64,000 nt of DNA from Marsupella aquatica (lineage: Eukaryota > Plantae > Marchantiophyta), in NCBI GenBank assembly GCA_973895155.1, contig OZ316892.1, positions 13,022,238 through 13,086,237 on the forward strand, given 5' to 3'. Below, in pieces: positions 36,731 to 49,770 of the stretch. The notes under the pieces were generated by a model. That model ran no database searches. It worked only from the letters and a program-made list of their open reading frames with translations, and had not been told where the DNA came from. Position numbers and translations under genes: made by a program. Positions within the stretch are counted from its first letter, which is position 1. Every line of letters starts with the position of its first letter.

Positions 36731-39700
36731 GCGTCTCTGCCCCACTCCCCCTCCTGTACTCTCGCACTGTACCGTACTCGAGCACCCCCCCTTCATTTTC
36801 GCATTCGTTAGAACAATTGCTGCGATTCGCTCCGTTAATCACTATCACCCCAGTTCGTCGTACTCTCAGAGCGGCGCTGAACGTGATTCCAGCCGTCCGA
36901 TCGGTGAGGGTCCGCCTTGACGCCCAGGATAGGGCTGTCGGAACTTTAAGAGCACCGTAAACGATGGTATAATTGGTGCTGGGTGTTACCATTCGCACAG
37001 GAAGGTTAATTGTGCGTGTACAGTAGTACGATATGGATTGATGGTGACGACCATCGACCCCCCGGCGAAAACCCCTACGGGATTTCGGGTACACTACTAC
37101 TGTACCGCTCGCTAGTACACAGAAAATAAATAGATTAAACAAATCCATCTGTCGGACCCGAATTCCGTCCTCACGTTCGGTGGAAATGGTTTTCCCAGAT
37201 GGACCGCATTGTGTAACAACTGGCGGTGAAGATACTACTTGAGTTGAGAGAAAACAAGATGTGCGAATTGTGGTCTGTCCGAGTTTGCTTTTCCCTGCGT
37301 ATGCATAAGTGTCCGGGGTGAAAGAAATCGACACGGATAATCATCATAGGAATAGTCTGAGAATCTCGACGTCTGTGCTGTACATCTTTGCAACCGACGG
37401 CGGGAAGCCACCATCCAGTTTGTTTCCGCGATAAAAATATACATTTAATGAGACGCTCCACGGCCCTCTTTTCGGGTTGGCAACACCGTATGTCGTATCT
37501 GCTGAATTTTAACTGCTTTTGGAAAATGCTGGCTTTTATTGAGCATTTACCGTAGAAAAACGAACGGCGCAATGCACGGCTGGCACCAGCAAGCCCCAAT
37601 CAACTGCGGCAATGCCCTATCGACTGCTGTGCTTCAGATACAGTAGTAGAGAGGGGCGGAGACGGATGAACAATAGTCCAAGATGTAGATGCAGACCGAC
37701 TGTTGAGGGCCCAAATCATGTCGACACCAAAAGCACCAACGAGGTCAAAGAGAATGCTCAAAGGGAACCCACGTTGGACCATCATATACCCTAATTACCA
37801 TAACCAATCAAATATAGATGGCCGACAGGATTGGTCAGAAGGAGACCAGTGCCGCCAGTCCACCACCCAGTGCCCATGAGACACCCAAAATAGAATTGAA
37901 AGAGGCTGATTAGGAATTCTATATTGTTATCTTTTGAATTCTTTAATTTAATCATACAGGTTCTGGGACATTGTCAAGCTTAAGCTCAGATGGATTAAGA
38001 GAGTGCTTGTGAAACTGAGATGGACTTCTTCATCATGTCAAATGACTCCCATAACATCATTTACACTTGACTCAGATGCGACCTGTAATAAGCAATCTCT
38101 GCCTGACAGTTTGCAACCTGTTCAATTAATTTACCCCTCACTCTGTAACATAAGGTGCCAGTGCTCAAACTAGATTTTTTTACCTTATCTCAATCCCTAT
38201 GAGAACAAAACTAGTGTTGCTGCCATGGAGCAAACTTGGGACTTCCTTTGTTATAGAAGGTCTGCCGCAACAAAGAAGCATCCTTCATTGCTCAAGCCCA
38301 AACCACTCAAGGTGTTCATTGCAAAATTAAGGTGTATTTCTCAAAATTCCATCCAAAATGCAACCGGACCATTTTTCTTTTCAGTATAAACTGGACGTTG
38401 AGTTGACGCAGTCGAGGGGGTGGGTAAGGAGAACATCTTGTTCCATTGTAGCCTGTTCTCCACACAATAGTGTGACTTGATTACTAATCATTTGTAAAAG
38501 AAACCAACGAAGGGGAAGAGGCAACCCTGCCCAGGAGACCCTGGGTGTGCAACTGGCCAAGAAGATTGAACAAGGGATTTCAATTTCTTCTTTTCAGCAA
38601 TTTCTTCTGTGCATTATTGTATTACCAGTGGCAACTTCTGTGGTATTGACGACTCCAATACATCAGGTGGATGTCAAAGAACGACTGAGCTCCAGTTTTG
38701 TTACAAACACGGCCTTAGGCATATACTGTTGATGACAACTTTCTTTTCCTTGCAAAACATCACATTTCTTGATTAGGCCCTGTTGTAACTAATTGGAGCT
38801 CATTGCAAGTCATAATCAAGAAGTGTAATATTTCAACTTCTTGCTCAATTAAGCTTCAGAGCAAAAGAAGGACAAAAACTTTGAGACAAAATAACATATT
38901 TGAAAAACAACTATAATTGTGGTTTGGACATTCTTATATTGTTATTTGCAATTGGCCCCCTGATTTGGACACTGCAAATAAATTGAATAGCTTAGGATGA
39001 ATACATTTGAATAGGTTTCCTCTAGTTGCAACACATAGCCCCAAAACTAGTGATATGTAGATCTAGACATGGCAATTAGAATTTGGAGAGATGTAGAAGT
39101 GCATCAGCCTTGACCTTAATTTCCTGAATCGTTTTATTACTTCAAGACTTAAAGTGAAGCTCCTCTTGCTCTCTTGTACATCGTCTCTTCCCCGAGCCTG
39201 TAAATCTCTTGGATTCAGGTGCATCCTCATGGGAAAACTTTAATAGAATGATGATAATCGAGAGCCCAGAATGAGGGCACCATGCATCTGAAGTTGAATA
39301 AGGTTGATGGAAGACATTTCTTTTGCAATTAAGGAATTACGCAATTAGTAAAAAACAGACATTTCTTTGCAAAAAACATTACAGAAAGAAACTTTGGATT
39401 TCTCTTTGCAACTAACAGAACACCACAACACACCAAAGATGTGGCTTCTAGTCATTTGTGGAAAAAAATTCAAGTTGGGCTTAACCCTTGTTGTAGTAAC
39501 TTAATAGATTTTTGAGCAAGACGGTGTAATTGGATGAGAATGATATCCTAGTGTAGTGAGAAGTAATTTTGGCAAGAGAAAGCAATACTTGAGACCAATC
39601 TTCTAACTACGGTACTTAATCTTCCTCATGTGTGCATGACCATTGCAACTGAAATACACCAGCAAGTAGAGAGGTACATGTATGGCATAGCTACCAGAAA

Positions 39701-42700
39701 GTGCTACGTTCATAAATAGCATATGAACCTCACAAATTTGTATAGGTATCACCGTTACCTGATCTTCTGACTGCCTGTGAGGTTATTATGCCATTTTATG
39801 ACTAAATATTGTGAAGTCACATCCCTAAGCTTAAGCCCTATTCCACTTTCTTGTAGTAGATATTAAACATATATGCTTCATGGCTCTACCACACCTATTT
39901 GCCTGCCCCTCTGACCTGGACCAAGGAAAGGGAGATATGGCAGATAGGAGTGGATCTCTTGGGTTTTCTCCTTTACAAAAGTGAGGGCCACATACCTGTA
40001 GATGGGACATGTAAGTTAATATAGTTCCTTTGGCGCCCTTATTGAAGTTAGCATACAGTTTACATAAATTAAGGCAGATAGGATGGCCTGAGACCTTAGG
40101 AACTCCTGTGGCTACACAAAGGACAAGGAAATCTAGAGTGTCACGATATTGCCCAAGTTGATTGGACAAATAAATCATCATCAAGGAGTATTGGAGGCAC
40201 CATGCAAACTGCTGCAGCGATTTACTCTTTTCTTTGTTCAAGATAAAGTAGAAGTTTCTTGGGATCTTGAACTCTTTGGATAAGGATGGTCTGTCTGGAA
40301 TGATTGGGAGCAATTTATCAAGATTCAATATATTCAATAAGACAAAACAGGCATGTATTAGGATGAACATGCTATACTATATCAAGATTCATTCCTTTAG
40401 CACAATTGGCTTTTGCTTAGGGATTTTAATCTCAATTGACTTGAGCCCTAGTCTAAAAGAATCATCCACTAGAGAAGTAGTTTCAGGGGTAGTGTGCAGT
40501 ATAAATGGCTAAGATGATGGCAAACCCATCTCAAGTGGTTACAATAATCCTTGACTGTACTGTGTGCTTCTTTCATAGGAGTACATACAGTCACCATTTT
40601 CTCACTCCTAGCTCTAAGTCAAGTATTTTTATATTGCATTTATGAGAAGGTTTTGTTAGACTAATTTTCTGTCAAGGTAACATTTGTCTCATGAACTCAC
40701 TTGCCAGCCGGGCAGAAGAGTTCAGAGTTCAATATTTCAATTGTAAAAAGTAATTGCATGTATTGTCTAGTAGATCTGAAACCCTCCCAAGTGCGCCCAG
40801 CACTGGAACTAGAATTTAGAACTCACCTTGCAAGTGAACTCCATCAAACATGAAGTAATTCATATACAAGATTTCATGCACCAAGAATTTCCTAAGAGCC
40901 GACTTGCATGTGGCAGCCCTTCATTTTCCGGCCATCAACTTAACAGAGGACATTTAAACATTGACAGAGAATGTTTCCTTAAGCTTCCTGTCAGACAAGC
41001 CTGACGGCATACATAGTGGAGAACCAAGGGAAAGGGGCTGAAAACGGCCCAAACCTTCTGACCCTTGAGGTGCCATACTTTGAAATGACAACCCCCCAAA
41101 AAAATTCTCGTTTTGAGGTGTTGTGAAAAAGCTTTATATTGTGGAGGAACTGCTTTTTCCGACAGTTTGGGGAGTGCTAATGGCCAATGTCTTGAGGACT
41201 GCCCACATGCAAGTTGACTCTTAATCCTGATGAACTTAACAACAAGGTATGTCATGAAGAAAGTTGAATCCAACTTCTCAATGGTAGAATCTCTGGTTCC
41301 AGCCTGTTACATTTCTTGACCCTAACATTGTCTCTATCATATTCAGTCAGAACCATTTACACGCAAGTGCCAACTCGAGCAATATACCTATATTTTCAGT
41401 AGGGCAAACACGAAATTACAGGGCAATAGGTACTGCAATATAAAGTGCAGCTAAGTCATCTTGTGTTTCCCATAACGAATCCTGTTGGCAACAATCTGCT
41501 TTGTGTTTTAGAGTTCACAGTGAGCTCTCCAAACACCAGATTTGATTATCTTCTGAATGTATCTCAAAATCAGGTACTTTACTAAAAGCCTTCCATGGCT
41601 AGAAAGGAAAAAATGCTCCACTACGCCTTGTAGTGGAAGTCCATCAATACGAGAAGGAAAACTTCTCACGGTATGGACACTGGGGGTGGACCACATAATC
41701 TTTGATCCATTAACGTCTGGAGAATAGTATTCCAATCAGAGACCAGATGATGATAGATATGTTTCACAATATCAATCATGATGACCCTCACTGAGCTAGA
41801 ATTCATGAACATTTATCAACCCTTTTGACAACCATCTCACAAACTAATAAAGGTGGCGATGGGCTTGAGAGGATACTTGGTCACTAGGACCTATTAATGC
41901 AAGTTGGCCACTTAGTTGCCTTCTTCCCATCTAGCAGTAGGGTACTTTCCCAAATAGGTTTCTAAACAGGTCTGAAGACATGGGCAGCTTCTGAGATTGG
42001 ACATCGTAGTCTGCCACGTATCACCAACACAGGAAGTGCACTGTTTGTGAAAAGATTTTTGAATGATTCTCAAGGCCGATAAAACCCACCTTCTTAACAC
42101 CTGTTCCGAGATCGTTATGGAACAACCAACCCTTCAGAAACTCTATCCTACTCTTATGGTAGCTTACACAGAGGTTGATTACACATGGCGGCTTGTACAC
42201 AGAGCGGTTGTGTACACATTGGCTGCACGCACATGGGATTCATAACAGAGTCACTCGTCAGCGATCGCTCGCTCGAGAAGAAATGCAAAAATGCATCCCA
42301 TGTCACAGCTCCTAACCCTGCATAAACAACCGGACAGTAAAAATGGGCAGGATGTCTTTAAAATCAAAGATTGCACCTCTGTATAAATGTAATCTGAAGC
42401 TAATTCAAAGAGCAAGAATTTCGTTTTACATTATCGTCAACGGACAACGCTGGGCAGAGTTAACCAGATGGAAAGGCTAGTTGGAGCCTCGTTTCATTGC
42501 CCATTCATAAAATATGAATAAAATCTCGGAGTGATTGTGTTTTAAAAGCGGAAGTGTGGGTAGAGGAAAGTGGTAGATGACATTCTCACATACCTTCACT
42601 GTCAATCCTATTGAAAACTCCTTCAAAGGTTTCCCGCTTGCCATCCTTATTTTTTGCTCTTGACAACTGCATAAAAGCAGCAATCTGTGCATGACCACAA

Positions 42701-43011
42701 ACTAAATTATATCCTGTTGTCTTTCGGATGGAGCTCTTGATTATACGATTAGTCATAATTTGTAAAGCAATTCAATGTAGTTACATTGTTGTTGGCACTC
42801 TAGAGATAGTTCATGTTATCCTTGCACAAAGAGCGGGCCTCTACAACACAGACATTCAAGACACATAAGACACCTGTTCCCTCCAGACCAGGTTGAATTT
42901 CATAAATATCTGGAATATGACATTCTATGGATAGTAAAGGCTTTTGCAATAGCTAAGGAAAGGAGTCCACAATCTTGAAATTGTGCTGATCCCAGCTTCC
43001 GTATCACTCAC

Positions 43012-43398
43012 ATCTTTATCACGTTTCATGGCTTCCATTAGCTGCTTCTTGCTGATGGTTCTGCGAAAGAAATTGCAAGGAGCTTGAGTTGAGATGACAC
43101 AAGTTTGGGAGGTCTGTTACATTTACGCGGAACCATAGTAACATAAACATGGCGCTCCTTTATCAATTTGCGAAAAGTATTGCTTTCAAACCAAGCACTC
43201 TAAGCTCGTGAGGGTGGAAGCTTTCACGCTCACCCAACTTTCTCGATGTCAATTTTGTTGAACATCTCCAGCAACCGTTGGTACTCCTTCACTGTTAACC
43301 CTGCCGCTGCCGCCAATGAGTGTAGATAAGCCACATCTCGAGCTAATTTACTTGCCTTCCTCACGTGGCCGAATGCAGAGCTGAGCTGCTCCAAAGCC
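43012..43398 (-). CDS. Two exons of a probable multi-exon gene with an EF-hand-like motif (gene may span ~38-46.5 kb)
   Basis: Exons 43398-43234 and 43060-43012 have CAG/GTGAG borders and splice in frame to ..YQRLLEMFNKIDIEKVG|TISKKQLMEAMKRDKD. Other exon-like segments lie at 46461-46327 and 46138-45957. A full gene model could not be built. Confidence 0.5.
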
Positions 43399-46300
43399 CT
43401 GCGATAAGTTCACATATAGTGTTTAAGAACATGTCCATGCAAAAGAATACGTATGGATCGCGTAGATAAGAAGAAGTTCTCCACGAAGACAATTATGTTG
43501 TGGCATGGGCCAAATATAATCACTTTTCAAATTTGAGCATACCGTAAACTAGGAGAGGTTACTTGATCTAACCTGGCGTGAAAAGATACTGCACTGTGAA
43601 GGTACTGTTCAATCAATTGCTGTATGAATGAACAACATTTAGTCAGGCCTTCAGGACAGCAGGAAATTTCTTTGGGTTCATAGCAGAGATTTTATCGGTC
43701 AATCATCCACTAGATGAGCTTCTTAGGATGAGCATTTCATTGACCCTACCGTATGTGGAGCATCCTGAATTCCGGAGCATAAACCAAAATGCACTGTAAG
43801 ACTGCGTAGCTACAAGATTGTACTTACAAGGTAGGGTTCGAAGGGATCTCCCAAGTCACCAGGCCATCGAGGTTGCCAACCATCTGTCATTGGTTTCATG
43901 ATAGGTTTTGTCATCTCATTTCCTCTTCTGGGAATTTGGCATCCGGCACATACTTCTGGAAGCTGCCCACAAAAAGTGGTACACAATTTGGTATGGCCCT
44001 TGGTACTCCCAGAGCTTATTGAAAAAACCAAACCTTTCAAGCTAAATTGAAAGAAAATTGAGGAGTAGACTAGTAATAGCGACTACTATGAAGTTACTAC
44101 CCCTCTGTAGCATAACAGACAGAAGCACACAAACCATAACCAGGCACAGTGGGTGAAACAGGTTTTTGATACTGGGTTTTCTTGATTACCTTGATCACTC
44201 CTCGTGAACCAAATAAGAGATTAGATGCATCGAGTGCTGCCTTTGTCCTCTCCCCCTGTCAAACGCCAATGAGAATCACTCTTCAATCCTTAAGATCCTT
44301 CTGTAGTAAGGTCCTCTTGGTATCAATGGTAGGAACTACCTGTCGATGACTTCATCTACAGAGACTTCAGGAGGGTCTCTGTAGATGAATTGCCATAGGC
44401 AGGTGCTGAAACTCCCAATTATCGGGCAAATTAGGAAACATATTTTCATCTATCATACAGAATCATAATCTATGGTCCAAGAAGCCCATTGATTTAGAGT
44501 TTTGGGTCATTGTGGACCAGGATTGGGCAGAAGCACCGTTAAATCTTCACAGGGACAGATATATGTGTCTTTAATTGGTTTCGTCCATAGCAAGTGAACT
44601 TCGTCTCGAGTTCTGGATCGCCGTTTCTTCATTATGAGAGTACTAAGCCACTTTTGGAAGAGTTGAAATGTTCAAAATGAGATCCATCACTAGGGATTCT
44701 TGTCATAGTACGATATGTTTTGAGTTCTCTGTGAATCTGGCTTGAAGTTTCAGTTCAATATTTTAGCCCAATGGACCCCTCGGGCTAAACGAACAGGAAG
44801 TACGTTCACTCACTTAAAAATGCGACGGTTGACATACATTCAATGACGTTAGTCAGGGGTAGATGGAATTCAATTCAATTTAACCTTGAGGTACAAAATC
44901 AAATACCATGAAGCAATGCATTTCTTCTACGGCCATGATTGATTCTGCTGCCCCAAGCAGGCTGGCTACTTGGTCCTCTGCTCAAATCAATATTTCAGCT
45001 AGATCAGTATCTCTTATGAATAGGACGGTATGCAATGACGTAGGGAAACCAGAAAAATGGAATGCTGTTGTGAACTTCCCGTAGAGTGAGTGACGAGGAT
45101 ATCCAATAGACCTCGGACGAAGCACAAGAGAAAGAGGTTACAGTATGCACTTTGGGACCAAAAATCCTGTTGCGTAAATTACAAGCTTGAGTTTACCACA
45201 AAATAAGATAAAACACTGATGCAGTAGAGCTTTCAAAACCTTGAATGAATGTAAACTGCCCTTGTCACCAATGTACAAGGGCTTACAAACAGCCAAAAAG
45301 CCAAGGAACAAGAGTACATGGACAGCAAACGTATGTCACTCCATAGAGAACAAATCGGGTTATCCCATCGCAACTTCCAACCAACCAACCAACCAACCTC
45401 CGACTACTGAAATATTGAGAGTGGGCGGTGAAGGGGTCGGGCTTAACGATTGCTTTGGTATATATCAACGTCAATGTTGTGTATGAGACTCTGCTCCAGT
45501 CGAGCGCAATTCTGCACCGCGGTCGAGAGTTCCACGTTCACTTTCCTGACGCCTGCAGGCTTGACGAGTGAATACTCGGCGTCAACGTGAAATTTTCTGA
45601 TACATTTAAGGTGGTGACAGATGATTGCGCAAAAAACTTAGAAGTCTATTCAATTCGGATTGCTGACATACATAAACTTTTTTGTTATCTAGCCGGAACA
45701 AATTCGCTCCAGTCAAGATACCTATGAAAAGATTTGTGGATCTAAATTAATGATGGACTCTCGTATTAATTGCATGTGTCAATGAAACTTAGGAAGCTAG
45801 CAGGGGTAGTGCGATATCAGAGTCGATTAAAGATCGGCCCAAAGCTGCTCGACGACGAAGAAGTTATCTAAATCTTTCAGTGGGAGGAATACTTTCTTAA
45901 ACATCCTAACGGCTTCCATACGAGGCTTCCTTTTGCTATTTACGCTTCAAGCTTACCTCTCTTCCCAAACTTGACTCAGATCTTTGGTATCGGTTATGAT
46001 CCACAGACAATCTTGCAAAAGACAGACTCTGTTGGAGTTGAATAACAGACTCGCCTATTGAACGACATCCTGGAAGTTCAGAGTTTCTTCTCGAATTCCT
46101 AAGTTTCTGACATGACAAAGCTAGTGACCGTATCAAAGCTTAGAGGTTCATTCTGTGAGTTTTCAGTATTGGAAGAGTCTTTCATAGAAAAAAATAACTC
46201 CATCTTGCCGGTCTCGCACAGAGTCAATTAAAATTGATCAAACAAAATACATGCCTTAGCACCATTCTGTTGCAAGCTAAAGAAGGTTCTCCGCTGTGAG

Positions 46301-47399
46301 AGCTCTGACCACATGCATGTACACTCACGTTTAATTTCATTTGCCCATTGGCGGAGCGCGAGACGCAAAGCCCGCACGCAATTGCTGCGCATATGAATTG
46401 GGTCTTTCCAGAACGGCCCGCACTCCGCGATCGTCAGCCCCAAGGCCTCCATAGTTCCCATTCTTCGATCCCAAACTGTTCGGTGAAGAATTCACCAATA
46501 GGCACTTCTTTGCAACAAATGTGAACTACTGTAGCTAGTCCACCGAACGCAGTCCTCTCATGGACAGCGCAACCTCCTTTTCTCTATGTTGAGAATGATG
46601 TCTATGAACAACACGAAGAATTTGTTGTAGAATCTACGGTAATTCCGCCAGCTTTCATAGCACTTACGGCCCGGTGCAGCAATTTCTTTCCTCAATCTTC
46701 ATCTTTCACATTCGTCCTGCTCCGCGATGTTTGAGATAGTGCTCTGTGCACCTTGCAGGGAACATTGACACCGAATTTCAAAAACACGCAGTACTCGTTG
46801 ACATTCGTCCTGGTCGGTAGTGCTCGACTGGAGTAGAGGGCAGGACACCCTTCAAATATGGACAAATCACAATTCTGTTGGGATTGTTAGTGACCTTGCA
46901 TTCTAACAGAAATCTTGTTACTTCCAACTAAAGAGTTATTAGTATAGCTGGCAAATCCCAATCCATCACTATTCTGAATTATTAGCCTTTAAGCACGTGC
47001 CCAGTGTCTCTTCACAATCTTTTACTGCCTAGATCATGTCCCATATGTTTATAGATTTGAGGCTGAGATTCGGGGTCTTATTGGAGATTTGCTCTTTAGT
47101 TGCGACTTTGCCACAACGTTTTTCTTCCTTGGTGCGGAGATGTATTTTTTCTGGTTTGTATTCAATTGCATTTCTTCCTTCTCTGTCCGCAAAACATAAA
47201 TGGCATCATATTTGTTTGTAAGCCCACTCATACTCTTGAAAATGGGTTTGTTCGCTTCCCCGGAATTGTTGTAGTGTACTTTTAACATCCTCCTTCACCT
47301 CCGCAGTTAAAATTCATTTTCTTAGCTCCTTTTCTCAGAAGACGAAGCCTTGGCTTTCTAAATTTTGCATTTTGCACGGAAATCCGTATTAGTCTTGAC

Positions 47400-47460
47400 G
47401 ACCTCTAGTGGGATTCGAACCCACTCGCCTGCCGACCAGGCTGGAGGTGAAAGAGAAGTC
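47400..47460 (-). other. tRNA-like fragment (T-arm/B-box); not a complete tRNA
   Basis: Minus strand GACTTCT..GCCTG-GTCGG-CAGGC-GAGTGGG-TTCGAAT-CCCACT-AGAGGTC. No D arm or anticodon arm is discernible. Confidence 0.4.
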
Positions 47461-48801
47461 AGTCATTCGTGAATGGAGCTAATTATCCTAGGGCTCAAAC
47501 TCACACCGAGCATGAAAAAAATGGACTGAACACCGCCTTGCGCGCCTACACATATAAGGTCACCCTTCATAGAAGATTGGACTAGTTTAGGAGTCAATGC
47601 TTGGCCGAATCATCAAACCACTTTACTGAAAAAGAAACGATTTCTTCTCTTCAGTCAAGGTAAGACGATTCCAACCTTCACAATGGGACACCAACCTGAA
47701 AACCGAACATCACGTCGATATTATGTCAGCTGCATATAATTCAAGGTAGTTCGAAATAGGACGGGCAGTGCAAGACAAAGAAGAGAAAGATTCTTTCCTA
47801 TCGTTTCTCTGGTATTTTTCTGCGCAGCTTCTGTGAACTCGAGTCCAAGTGAATCCAGCATTGTAACTAACCCGAAAACTTTCCATGACACTTAGGGAGT
47901 CAATCCTCACTCAAACGCCAGTCCTCAGTATTCCTTTGCTGCTCCTACTGTAGATTCGATTATGATCGTCTCAATTGTTATCATTGTTGAATTGCGTGAG
48001 GTATAGAAAATCAAAGGACTGTGTGAACTGCTGGTTCTAGATGGACTGGGCATTTCAGACAGCAACAAATGTAATATCGAACTTTGCAGCTACAACAAGA
48101 TATTACAATTGCACCCGCTCGAGCTGCACTTGTTCACTGATTACTACAAAAATCCGAAGACTTTTTACTTCACATGTCATTGTTATTCTAATGATTTGAA
48201 TTCTACCATATTGAACGGAAGTTTCCAATGAACAGAAGATTTTACATGCATGTGTCTTGCTGCAACTAACATTAACATGAGTCTCAACAGCGACCATCGT
48301 GTGCTGCTGCTACAGCTATATTCACTTCCTACACTGCGACTACCAATGACGTAGTGTCCTGGAGGTTTCAGGAAGCACCTTTCAAAGCGTTTGCAATTAC
48401 CTGCAGACAGTCGTGCAGGGTTGTGGCAAAGGCATTTTGATCGAGCGGCTCTGCAGCGAAGAGTATTTCTTTGAAGGCTTGGTCAAATGCTGAGACTTGC
48501 GATCCCTGCAAAACGAAAAGTAGCGTCGGAGATAGCAGCAGTCTTTACATCTGCCGGGCTCACAAACCCCTTTGCCTGGTACCTCTACTTCCTTGAATGT
48601 CTCGTCTTCACCACCACAGCTGCCGATACCAGCAAGCCATCCAAGGCATTTTTCTGTAAGCGATTGTTGGGTTATTCCAAACGGAGTGCGCCTAGAATCA
48701 TATCATATGCTTGCATGTCAGATCTGAATCGAGAACCTTTTTCTCATACGTGATGTGACCTTGATGGAATATAACTTGCAAGCATAAAAAAACCTTCCAC
48801 G

Positions 48802-48805
<4 letters not shown>

Positions 48806-48842
<37 letters not shown>
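48806..48842 (+). repeat. (CT)n microsatellite
   Basis: Read directly. Confidence 0.95.
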
Positions 48843-48845
<3 letters not shown>

Positions 48846-49299
48846 CAAATGGAGAGGATGTAATATATTACCACACCAACTCCAGCATTTAGTTACACTG
48901 TGGGTTAACATTGTGCTTGCAATTTTCGTGTGAATGCAGGGGGCCGGCCCCACAAATATAATCTACCTCTTTTTATTACATGATCCTGACATTGACCAAG
49001 GGATAGGATCTAAATTAAATCACCAACTACCTTGGACTATAGCCTGCCGAATCTGTTTTTTGAAAAGGTGAACAGTCTTATTTGAGAGGCCACTGCAGCT
49101 AAGACCAGTGGGGCACAACAAAGTAAAACAAATCCAGGGCCCGAGCACACACTGACCAAGGCTGTACTTAGCGCCAAAAGTTCCCTAACAGACCGTAAGG
49201 TCATCTATTAAAAAGAGTTGGGCTGGGAATATATCATACTCAGCCAACTAGGAACAAATGTGTCATGGGTCCACTAACTAATCTTAGGCACAGCTCAAT

Positions 49300-49770
49300 A
49301 CCTGAGTGTTGCACAAGAGATGTTGTGCAGAAGCTGTTGGTGCGGAAAACATTGGGGAAAACATGATGTTGCACAACAAATGTTGTTTGGGGAAAAGATA
49401 TCAGAGCACAAAAGACGTTGCAATATGTATGTCATTTGTGGGAAGATAATATTATACAAAACATGTCATTGTGGAAAAGATGTCACGCAAAAGATGTCAT
49501 TTACAAAAAAGATGACATCGTGCAAAACATGTTGTTGTAAAAAAGATGCCCTTGTGTAAAATATATCATTGTTTGTGGAAACGATGTCAATGTGCAAAAG
49601 ATGTAGATGCCGAAGCAATGTTGTCCCAAAAAAGATGACGGTGCAAAGAATATGTTATGTAAATAATAAGGTTGCAAAAAATATGTTGTTTGTACAGTAG
49701 TTGCACAAAGATAATATTGTGTAAAGGATATCATTTGTGGAATAATGACCTTGCGCATTTGCGTAAAAGA
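49300..49770. repeat. Degenerate short-unit array (ATGTYRTGYRMAAAAG-like units), probably TE-derived
   Basis: Recurrent GATGTTGTGCAAAA/ATGTCATTGTGGAAAA variants. Confidence 0.55.

Noticed and set aside
35952-36920. 322-aa + strand ORF
   Set aside because: GTG start, made of microsatellite-derived homopolymer runs, antisense to the probable AGO1 leader, and no domain.
49169-49180. TAGCGCCAAAAG outside the transposon
   Set aside because: Only a half site, so not counted as a palindrome copy.
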